A stretch of 32,000 nt of DNA, taken from Kineococcus radiotolerans SRS30216 = ATCC BAA-149. GTDB taxonomy: Bacteria; Actinomycetota; Actinomycetes; Actinomycetales; Kineococcaceae. The notes beneath the pieces are model-generated. The model did no database searches. It was given only the letters and a program-made list of their open reading frames with translations, and had not been told where the DNA came from. Made by a program: the position numbers and the translations under genes. Location of the stretch: the NCBI RefSeq assembly GCF_000017305.1, contig NC_009664.2:1050001-1082000 (forward strand), in the 5' to 3' direction. Position 1 is the stretch's first letter. Each line of letters begins with the position of its first letter. Positions 17,295 through 23,373 of this stretch are shown here, piece by piece.

Positions 17295-17316
17295 GGATGC
17301 CCCTTCGCATCTCCGC

Positions 17317-17339
17317 CTCCCGGCGGCGGCCGCCGGGAG
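17317..17339 (-). promoter_or_regulatory. Perfect 11-bp inverted repeat in the xylF 5' leader
   Basis: ctcccggcggc-g-gccgccgggag lies 23 nt upstream of the xylF ATG. It could be an RNA hairpin or an operator. Confidence 0.4.
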
Positions 17340-17382
17340 TAAGTTGTGCGCCGCAACATATACCTCCACCAGGCCCTCAGCG

Positions 17383-17405
17383 GGGTTCGTGACCGGGTTG
17401 TGACC
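17383..17405 (-). promoter_or_regulatory. Tandem direct repeat GGGTT(C)GTGACC x2 upstream of the putative xylF promoter
   Basis: gggttcgtgacc (17383-17394) is immediately followed by gggttgtgacc (17395-17405). A TANNNT-type hexamer (TATGTT on the minus strand, 17355-17360) lies about 25 nt downstream. Confidence 0.3.
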
Positions 17406-17517
17406 GAGAACCCGCCGGACGGGTACGACGGCGCGCGGCCCGGGGGAACCCGGGCCGGAGCGGGTGGTGGACCGCGGTCCGGCGGCGGTCCGGTGGTGGT
17501 CCGGTGGTGGTGCGGCG

Positions 17518-18294
17518 TCAGCGGGAGGTGGTGACGACCTCGACGGCCGAGGACCCGTCCCCGACCCCGTCGACGCGGACGACGCGGTGCCCGTCCGGGG
17601 CGGCGTCCCCGTCGGTGACGTCCTCGTCGTCGTCGTGGTGACCGGGACCCTCGCGGCCCGTCGCGTGGTCCACCCCGGCGAGGAACCCGCGCGCCCGCTC
17701 GGTGCGGGGGTAGGACTCCAGCAGCGCCCAGAAGGCGCGCGAGTGGGTGGGCACCAGCAGGTGGGCGAGCTCGTGCAGCAGCACGTAGTCCAGGACCCAG
17801 CTGGGCATCCCCTGCAGCCGGCTGGAGAGGCGGATGCTCCCGTCCGCGGGGGTGCACGACCCCCAGCGGTGGTGCTGGTTCTCGACCCAGGCCACCGACG
17901 CGGGCCGGGCGAGCCCGTCCAGGTGGCGGCGGGACAGCTCGCGGGCGCGCTCCAGGAGGTCCCCCTCCAGGGGGTTGCGCCGGCGGTCGGCCGCCTCGAG
18001 GCGGGTGACCATCCGGTCCACCCACTCCCGCTCCTCGGCCGGGGTGAAGCGCGCGGGGATGAGCACCACGGTGCGCTCGCCGTCGCGGTAGGCCGAGACC
18101 GTCCGGGTCCGGCGGCGGCTGCGGCGCACGTCCACTAGACCACCGTCGGCCCGGCCGCCGTCGACCCGGCCGCCGTCGACCCGGGCACCGGGGTGGGGCG
18201 GGGCCGCGGCGCGGCGCTCCGGGGCGCCGTCGCGGGTCTCGAGCGCCGCGGGGGCAGCGTCGAGCGCCGGTGCACCCTCCTGGTGGGCCCTCAC
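17518..18294 (-). CDS. DUF45/YgjP-type (M48-like, SprT-like) zinc metallohydrolase
   Basis: The conserved core is VDVRRSRRRTRTVSAYRDGERTVVLIPARFTPAEEREW…WGSCTP…I.LSSRL…VLLHELAHLLVPTHSRAFW, with an intact HExxH. The start is uncertain: the conserved family N-terminus begins at GTG 18135, while the longest ORF starts at 18294. The longer form adds a (VDGGR)x3 repeat region. Confidence 0.78.
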   Translation of the reverse strand: MRAHQEGAPALDAAPAALETRDGAPERRAAAPPHPGARVDGGRVDGGRADGGLVDVRRSRRRTRTVSAYRDGERTVVLIPARFTPAEEREWVDRMVTRLEAADRRRNPLEGDLLERARELSRRHLDGLARPASVAWVENQHHRWGSCTPADGSIRLSSRLQGMPSWVLDYVLLHELAHLLVPTHSRAFWALLESYPRTERARGFLAGVDHATGREGPGHHDDDEDVTDGDAAPDGHRVVRVDGVGDGSSAVEVVTTSR

Positions 18295-18515
18295 CCCCGG
18301 CAGGGTACCCGTCCCGCCCCCGGGAGCCTCCCCCCTTCCGGGATCCGCGCGGTGCGCGTCGTGGCGGGCAGGCCCGGGGCGGGCCGGGGGAACGCGCCGG
18401 CGCGCCCCGCGGCGCCGCGCAGGGCACGATGCCGGTCAGGACCACCGGCCCGCCGGCGGGCCGGGGTGGCCCAGCGCGGACCGCCGTCCGGAGGCGAACG
18501 ACACGAGGAGGCACC

Positions 18516-18674
18516 ATGGCCGAGATCTGGAGCGGGGAGTTCTACTGCGTGAAGTGCAAGGAGAAGCGCGAGGCGGAGGGCCAGGTCGTGGAGACCAACG
18601 GCCGCCGGATGGCGAAGGGGAAGTGCCCCGTGTGCGACACCAACCTCAACCGCATCCTCGGCAAGGCGTCCTGA
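18516..18674 (+). CDS. DUF5679-type small zinc-ribbon protein (Rv3196A-like)
   Basis: 52 aa: MAEIWSGEFYCVKCKEKREAEGQVVETNGRRMAKGKCPVCDTNLNRILGKAS. It has two CxxC pairs and a strong GAGGAGG SD ending 5 nt before the ATG. The longer 134-aa track ORF is junk upstream of this ATG. Confidence 0.8.
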   Translation: MAEIWSGEFYCVKCKEKREAEGQVVETNGRRMAKGKCPVCDTNLNRILGKAS

Positions 18675-18793
18675 CCGCGCCCCACCCCGCCCCGACCACC
18701 GGTCGGTGACCCCGCGCGGCGGGGCCACCGCCGGCGGGGAGCGCCTGTGGACGACGCGGTCCACCCCCGGCGCGGCTGCGGCACAGTGACCGC

Positions 18794-19621
18794 GTGCCCT
18801 CCCCCGCCACCCCGGTCCCCCGCGGGGCCCTCCCCTCCGCCGTCCCCGTCGTCGCCCGCCCCGACGGCCGGTTCCAGGTGGGGTCGGCCCCGCGCAGCGC
18901 CGTCGTGCTGCGCACCCCGCCGGTCGTGGCCGGGCCCTGGGGCGGACCGGGCCGCCCGGCCCACCCCGGCGCGGAGGAGGGACGCGCCTGGTCGGTCTAC
19001 GACCGGTCCGGACCGGACCCCGCCGAGCGCATGGCGCTGCGGGCGCAGGCGGGCGTCGCCGTCGTCGGGTCGCCGCGCACCGCCGACGTCCTGCTGCAGC
19101 TGCTCGCCGACGCCGGGGTCGGGCGGTTGCTGTGCGAGCGCCCGCAGGCGGTGCCCGCCGGGACCCGGACCGCCGGGCGGCCCGGCGACCCCGGAGCGGC
19201 CGACGTCGTCGTCCTGCTCGACGAGCACAGCGCCCGCCCCGTCCTGGCCGACGGGCTGGTGGCCGACGGGGTCGCCCACCTGTCGGTGGTCCTGCGCGAC
19301 ACCGACGCCCTGGTGGGGCCGATGGTGCTGCCCGGCCGCTCGGCGTGCCTGCGCTGCGTGGACCGCTGGCGCACCGACGCGGACCCGGTCTGGCCGGCGG
19401 TGCGGGACGCGCTGTCGCGCACCGCACCCCGGCCCACCGACGCCGCGACCGCGGCGACGGTCGCAGGAGTCGCTGCGCTGCAGGTGCTCTCGCACCTGGA
19501 CGGAGCTCTCCCGGCAGCCCTGGGCTGCACCCTCGAACTGCTCCTGCCCGAAGGGCGGGTGCGGCGGCGGGGCTGGGGGCCGCACCCGGGCTGCGGGTGC
19601 GTGGAGCTGCCGGTCCCCTAG
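18794..19621 (+). CDS. E1/ThiF-like protein with degenerate nucleotide loop (cyclodehydratase-docking / leader-peptide-binding-like family; Rv3196-like)
   Basis: 275 aa from GTG 18794. The Rossmann-like segment GVAVVGSPRTADVLLQLLADAGVGRL lacks GxGxxG. The E1-type CxxC (PGRSACLRCVD) is retained and a C-terminal HPGCGC is present. The N-terminus …VVARPDGRFQVGSAPRSAVVL… resembles the N-domain of the TIGR03882-type family (memory). A CACAGT hexamer lies 6 nt upstream of the GTG, so a leaderless mRNA is possible. Confidence 0.65.
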   Translation: MPSPATPVPRGALPSAVPVVARPDGRFQVGSAPRSAVVLRTPPVVAGPWGGPGRPAHPGAEEGRAWSVYDRSGPDPAERMALRAQAGVAVVGSPRTADVLLQLLADAGVGRLLCERPQAVPAGTRTAGRPGDPGAADVVVLLDEHSARPVLADGLVADGVAHLSVVLRDTDALVGPMVLPGRSACLRCVDRWRTDADPVWPAVRDALSRTAPRPTDAATAATVAGVAALQVLSHLDGALPAALGCTLELLLPEGRVRRRGWGPHPGCGCVELPVP

Positions 19622-19651
19622 GGGAGCGGCGGCCCCGCCCGGGAGGGCGGA

Positions 19652-19858
19652 TCAGACCGCGGCGAACTCGCGCTCGCCGGCGGCCGCGGCGGCCGCCGCC
19701 TCGGCGCGGTCGGCGCGGACGGCCAGCACGAGGGCGCGGCGGGCGGCGACCTCGGCCTGGCGACGGGCGCGCAGGGCGCGGGCCGCCCGCACCCGGGCGG
19801 CCTCGCGGTGCAGGGTGACGAGGCGTTCTCGCACCAGCATCTCCTCGACGTAGGACAT
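19652..19858 (-). CDS. Small Arg/Ala-rich helical hypothetical protein immediately downstream of whiB7
   Basis: 68 aa: MSYVEEMLVRERLVTLHREAARVRAARALRARRQAEVAARRALVLAVRADRAEAAAAAAAGEREFAAV. The ATG has a GGAG SD about 8 nt upstream. Third-position GC is strong. It starts 44 nt after the whiB7 stop on the same strand. Confidence 0.45.
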   Translation of the reverse strand: MSYVEEMLVRERLVTLHREAARVRAARALRARRQAEVAARRALVLAVRADRAEAAAAAAAGEREFAAV

Positions 19859-19902
19859 GGCGACTCCAGGTTCGGTTCCGGTCAGGGGTTCCCGCCGCGC
19901 GC

Positions 19903-20184
19903 TCACGCGGCGACGGGGTGCTTGCGCGGGCGACCGCGCGGACGCTTGCGGGGGACGACGACCCCGGAGAGGACGAGCTGGCCGCCCCACACCCCCCAGG
20001 GCTCGTTGCGCTCCAGCGCCCCGGCGAGGCAGGCGTCGAGGAGCGGGCACTCCTGGCACAGCGACTTGGCGAGCTCGACGTCGTCGGGCTTCTCGGCGAA
20101 CCAGAGCTCGGAGTCGAATCGGCGGCAGGGCAACGGGTCCGGCGTGTGGCGGCGGGTCACGCCGCTCACCTCCTCCTGGGTCAC
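19903..20184 (-). CDS. whiB7: WhiB7 (WhiB-like Fe-S transcription factor with C-terminal AT-hook)
   Basis: 93 aa from GTG 20182-20184 with an AGGAA SD upstream. The four Cys are C…C..C…..C (PCRRFDSELWFAE…AKSLCQECPLLDACL). The GVWGG turn is present, and the C-terminal AT-hook RKRPRGRPRK is diagnostic of WhiB7/WblC. Confidence 0.92.
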   Translation of the reverse strand: MTQEEVSGVTRRHTPDPLPCRRFDSELWFAEKPDDVELAKSLCQECPLLDACLAGALERNEPWGVWGGQLVLSGVVVPRKRPRGRPRKHPVAA

Positions 20185-20329
20185 GGCGACGTTCCTGGCG
20201 TCACCGGCGGTACGGGTGCTCGATCGGTCCCCTCGACCCGGTCGGGTCGGGTGCGTGGGCTGGGACGGGGTCTGCGGTGTCATCTCTCTGCGTTCTCCGG
20301 CGAGTGGTTCGGCGTCGAAGAGCCCACGA

Positions 20330-20372
20330 ACGCAAAATGGCCGCGGACCCGAGGGAATCGGGATCCGCGGCC
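20330..20372 (-). terminator. Intrinsic terminator (attenuator) inside the whiB7 leader
   Basis: The RNA reads GGCCGCGGAUCCCG-AUUCCCU-CGGGUCCGCGGCC-AUUUUGCGUU: 13 bp with one bulged U, a 7-nt loop and a U-rich tail. It lies 21 nt after the uORF stop and about 145 nt before the whiB7 start. Confidence 0.8.
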
Positions 20373-20393
20373 TGAGAGGCTGCCGGTCTGGAG

Positions 20394-20648
20394 CTAGACC
20401 GGTGGACTCGAGGTCGAGGGTCCCGAGGACGGGAAGGAGGAGGAGGTGCCGTGGTCGGCCCGGCGCAGGCGCCCGGTGGTCCCCGGGAGCAGACGCACTC
20501 CACCCGTCGTCATGACGGGAGTGGAGGCGTGGCTGCGCTCCCACGCGGTGCCGGTGGCAGCGATCGGGGAAACCTGGGTGAGCGCGCAGGCGACGAGGGC
20601 GTCGACGGTGCCGGTCTTCGCGGTGACCGCGTTCACGGTGCTGTCCAT
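20394..20648 (-). CDS. Upstream ORF (leader peptide, 84 codons) in the whiB7 5' leader
   Basis: ATG 20646-20648 is preceded by GGAGAGGGGGG. The peptide is MDSTVNAVTAKTGTVDALVACALTQVSPIAATGTAWERSHASTPVMTTGGVRLLPGTTGRLRRADHGTSSSFPSSGPSTSSPPV. It ends just upstream of the terminator hairpin. It is the 3' tail of the 702-aa shadow ORF at 20394-22502. Confidence 0.55.
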   Translation of the reverse strand: MDSTVNAVTAKTGTVDALVACALTQVSPIAATGTAWERSHASTPVMTTGGVRLLPGTTGRLRRADHGTSSSFPSSGPSTSSPPV

Positions 20649-20709
20649 CGTGCTGCCCCCCTCTCCACTGCGTCCGCGCGGGATCCGTCCTCGCGCTGTC
20701 GTGCTCCTG

Positions 20710-20749
20710 ACTGTAGGGGTACCGGCGTCGCGGCGACAACGCCTTTTCC
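20710..20749 (-). promoter_or_regulatory. Putative whiB7 promoter with AT-rich patch abutting the -35
   Basis: The minus strand reads cggcGGGAAAAGGcg-TTGTCG-18 nt-TACAGT. The A-run directly upstream of the -35 is where the WhiB7 AT-hook binds in mycobacterial/streptomycete whiB7/wblC promoters (established knowledge). The predicted TSS is near 20703. Confidence 0.6.
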
Positions 20750-20795
20750 CGCCGATTCCCCGACGAGTTCCCCTCCGACGTTCAACCGCCCGCGG

Positions 20796-20816
20796 AACCG
20801 TTGCCCCGCAACGATT
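20796..20816 (-). terminator. Hairpin downstream of uvrD2 (9-bp stem, 3-nt loop), candidate terminator insulating whiB7
   Basis: The minus strand reads AATCGTTGC-GGG-GCAACGGTT, 30 nt after the uvrD2 stop. The U-tract is weak. Confidence 0.35.
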
Positions 20817-20845
20817 CCGCCGAACCCGGGACGGCAGGACCGGAC

Positions 20846-22951
20846 TCAGCCGGCGGCCAGGACCGCCAGCACGTCGTCGGCGTACTTCTCCAGCTTCGCC
20901 GGGCCCACCCCGGGGATCCGGGCCAGGGCCGCGGTGTCGCCGGGCATCGCCTCGGCGATCGCGACCAGGGTGGCGTCGGTGAACACGACGTAGGCCGGCA
21001 CCTCGGCCGCCTTGCACGTCGCGCTGCGCCACTCGCGCAACCTCTCGAAGACGGCCTCGTCGTAGCTGGAGGGGCAGTCGGTGCAGCGCCCGAGCTTGCG
21101 CTCCACGGCCACGGTGAGCGAGGCCCCGCAGACCCGGCAGAGCAGCGGGCCGCTGGTGCGCTTGGTGCGGGCCCCCGCGGGCGTGACCGCACCGGCGCGA
21201 CGCCCGGCGGGCGCCGCCTGCGGGCGGACCGCGTCGAGGAAGCGGGAGGGCTTGCGGGTGGCCCGCCCGCCCGGGGTCCGGGAGTTCGCCCAGGACAGGT
21301 GGATCCCCTCGCGCGCACGGGTCACCCCGACGTAGAGCAGCCGGCGCTCCTCCTCGACGTCGTCGGGGGTCTCCGCGAACGAGATCGGCAGCAGCCCCTC
21401 GCTCACCCCGACCAGGAACACCACGTCCCACTCCAGGCCCTTGGCCGCGTGGAAGGAGGCCAGCGTCACCCCGTCCACGGTCGGGGCGTGCTGGGCCTGG
21501 CTGCGTTCCACCAGCTCGTCCACCAGGTCGCTCAGCTGCGCCCCCGGGCGCTTCTCGGCCAGCTCGTCGGCCAGCACGACCAGCGCCTGCAGCGACTCCC
21601 AGCGCTCGCGGGTCGCCCCCCCGGCGGTGGGGGCCTTCTCGTCCCAGCCCGCCGAGGACAGCACCGCCCGGGTCTCGGTGCCGAGGTCGTGGCCCGGCAG
21701 GGCCGCCCGGGCGCCGCCGCGCAGCAGCACGATCGCGTCGCGGACCTCCTTGCGGGAGAAGAACCGCTCCCCGCCCCGCACGACGTAGCCGACCCCGGCG
21801 TCGGCGAGGGCGGACTCCAGGGCCTGCGACTGGCCGTTGGTGCGGAACAGGATCGCGATGTCCTTCGCGCTGCGCCCGGCGCGGACCTCCGCGGCGATGC
21901 GGGCCGCGACCCCGGAGGCCTCGGCGACGTCGTCGTCGTAGGCGGTGAAGGAGGGCGGCGGGCCGGAGGGACGCTGGGCGATGAGCTCCAGGCGGGCCTG
22001 CGCGTGCCGCCCGGTGGCCATCGACAGCACCGAGTTCGCCAGGCCGACGACCTCGGGGGTGGAGCGGTAGTCGCGCACGAGCCGCACCACGGTCGTGCCG
22101 GGGTGGCGGCGGGGGAAGTCCAGCAGGTGCTCGGGGGTGGCCCCGGCGAAGGAGTAGATGGTCTGGCTGGCGTCGCCGACCACGCAGAGGTCCTGGCGCC
22201 CGCCCAGCCACAGGTCCAGCAGCCGCTGCTGCAGCGGGGAGACGTCCTGGTACTCGTCGACGACGAAGTGGCGGTACTGCTCGCGGACGGTCGCGGCGAC
22301 GTCGGGCCGCTCGTCGAGGATGCCCGCGGTCAGCAGCAGGACGTCCTCGAAGTCGATGACGGCCCGGTCGGTCTTGACGTCCTCGTAGGTGCGCACGAGG
22401 CGGGCCACGGAGGCGAGGTCGAGCCCGCCCGGCTCCCCGCGCCCGGCGGCGGCCGCGACGCGCACGTAGTCGTCGGGGTCGACGAGCATGACCTTGGTCC
22501 ACTCGACCTCCGCGGACAGGTCCCGCACCCGGGTGCGGTCGGCCGGGATCCGCAGCCGGTTGCAGGCGTCGGCGATGAGCGGGGCCTTGTGCTCGACCAG
22601 GTTCGGCAGCGTCCCGCCGATGGACTGCGGCCAGAAGAACTGCAGCTGCCGCAGCGCGGCGGCGTGGAAGGTCCGGGCCTGGACGCCGGCGACGCCGAGG
22701 TCGCGCAGGCGGGTCCGCATCTCCCCCGCGGCGCGCGCGGTGAAGGTGACCGCCAAGACGCGGTTGGGCACGTACGCGCCGGAGTGCACGGCGTAGGCGA
22801 TGCGGTGGGTGATGGCCCGCGTCTTGCCCGTGCCCGCCCCGGCCAGCACGCAGACGGGACCCTCGAGGGTCGTCGCGACCTGGCGCTGCTCGGGGTCGAG
22901 GCCGGCGAGGACGGAGTCGGCGTCGGGGCGCGTCGTGGTGGTCGTCGTCAT
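20846..22951 (-). CDS. uvrD2: ATP-dependent DNA helicase UvrD2 (SF1 helicase, tetracysteine module and HRDC domain)
   Basis: 701 aa from ATG 22949-22951. Walker A is AGAGTGKT and motif II is VVDEYQDVS. The C-terminal region has CRVCGASLTVAVERKLGRCTDC (4 Cys) followed by HRDC (…PAYVVFTDATLVAIAEAMP…IPGVGPAKLEKY…). Confidence 0.92.
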   Translation of the reverse strand: MTTTTTTRPDADSVLAGLDPEQRQVATTLEGPVCVLAGAGTGKTRAITHRIAYAVHSGAYVPNRVLAVTFTARAAGEMRTRLRDLGVAGVQARTFHAAALRQLQFFWPQSIGGTLPNLVEHKAPLIADACNRLRIPADRTRVRDLSAEVEWTKVMLVDPDDYVRVAAAAGRGEPGGLDLASVARLVRTYEDVKTDRAVIDFEDVLLLTAGILDERPDVAATVREQYRHFVVDEYQDVSPLQQRLLDLWLGGRQDLCVVGDASQTIYSFAGATPEHLLDFPRRHPGTTVVRLVRDYRSTPEVVGLANSVLSMATGRHAQARLELIAQRPSGPPPSFTAYDDDVAEASGVAARIAAEVRAGRSAKDIAILFRTNGQSQALESALADAGVGYVVRGGERFFSRKEVRDAIVLLRGGARAALPGHDLGTETRAVLSSAGWDEKAPTAGGATRERWESLQALVVLADELAEKRPGAQLSDLVDELVERSQAQHAPTVDGVTLASFHAAKGLEWDVVFLVGVSEGLLPISFAETPDDVEEERRLLYVGVTRAREGIHLSWANSRTPGGRATRKPSRFLDAVRPQAAPAGRRAGAVTPAGARTKRTSGPLLCRVCGASLTVAVERKLGRCTDCPSSYDEAVFERLREWRSATCKAAEVPAYVVFTDATLVAIAEAMPGDTAALARIPGVGPAKLEKYADDVLAVLAAG

Positions 22952-22960
22952 GGCCCCGGC

Positions 22961-22982
22961 ATCTTCTCCCACCGCACCGACA
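22961..22982 (-). promoter_or_regulatory. RecA-NDp / PafBC-type promoter-like motif upstream of uvrD2
   Basis: The minus strand reads cTGTCGGTG-8 nt-GAAGAT-9 nt-ATG(uvrD2). The mycobacterial consensus recalled from the literature is tTGTCRgtg-N8-TAnnnT. The upstream element matches exactly. The -10 matches only at the A2 and T6 positions. Confidence 0.45.
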
Positions 22983-23102
22983 GCCGGGGCCAGGTGGGCG
23001 GCGCGTCGTGGACGACGCGCCGGGGAAGATGCCTGTGGCTCCCGCGGTTGCACGGGGGGCACGTCACCGCGACCCGCGGTGACCTCGAGACAGGAGCAGT
23101 GC

Positions 23103-23363
23103 GTGTCCACGATGGAGGCCCCCGCGGCCGGCAGCGTCACGATGTTCACCACGACGTGGTGCGGCTACTGCCGCCGCCTGAAGTCGCAGATGGACCGCGA
23201 GGGCATCAGCTACTCCGAGGTCAACATCGAGGAGGTCCCCGACGCGGCCGAGTACGTCATGCAGGTCAACGGGGGCAACCAGACCGTGCCGACGCTGCTC
23301 TTCCCCGACGGCTCCGCGGCGACCAACCCCTCCCTGGCCGAGGTCAAGGCCAAGCTCGCCTGA
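23103..23363 (+). CDS. Mycoredoxin (glutaredoxin-like, Rv3198A-like)
   Basis: 86 aa: VSTMEAPAAGSVTMFTTTWCGYCRRLKSQMDREGISYSEVNIEE…GGNQTVPTLLFPDGSAATNPSLAEVKAKLA. The active site is WCGYC. GTG 23103 has an AGGAG 6 nt upstream. An alternative ATG lies at 23112. Confidence 0.88.
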   Translation: MSTMEAPAAGSVTMFTTTWCGYCRRLKSQMDREGISYSEVNIEEVPDAAEYVMQVNGGNQTVPTLLFPDGSAATNPSLAEVKAKLA

Positions 23364-23373
23364 CCCCCGGCGG

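Noticed and set aside
17156-19853. ORFs 17156-18517 (-), 18291-19427 (-), 18542-19585 (-), 18747-19853 (+) and 19132-19818 (+)
   Set aside because: Extreme R/P/G/A content and no motifs. They overlap the DUF45, DUF5679 and E1-like genes, which have protein-like composition and motifs.
20649-22502. Main body of the 702-aa minus ORF 20394-22502 and other ORFs inside uvrD2 and the whiB7 leader (e.g. 19903-20739 upstream part, 20801-23377 plus)
   Set aside because: These are shadow frames of uvrD2. Only the last 84 codons (from ATG 20648, with SD, outside uvrD2) are considered as a possible leader peptide. Only the last 93 codons of 19903-20739 are WhiB7.
22952-23102. LexA SOS box (TCGAAC-N4-GTTCGA) upstream of uvrD2, and elsewhere in intergenic regions
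   Set aside because: Isolated TCGAAC or GTTCGA hexamers occur only inside coding sequence (e.g. near 19536 and 31514) without the partner half-site. I found no palindromic SOS box in any intergenic region.
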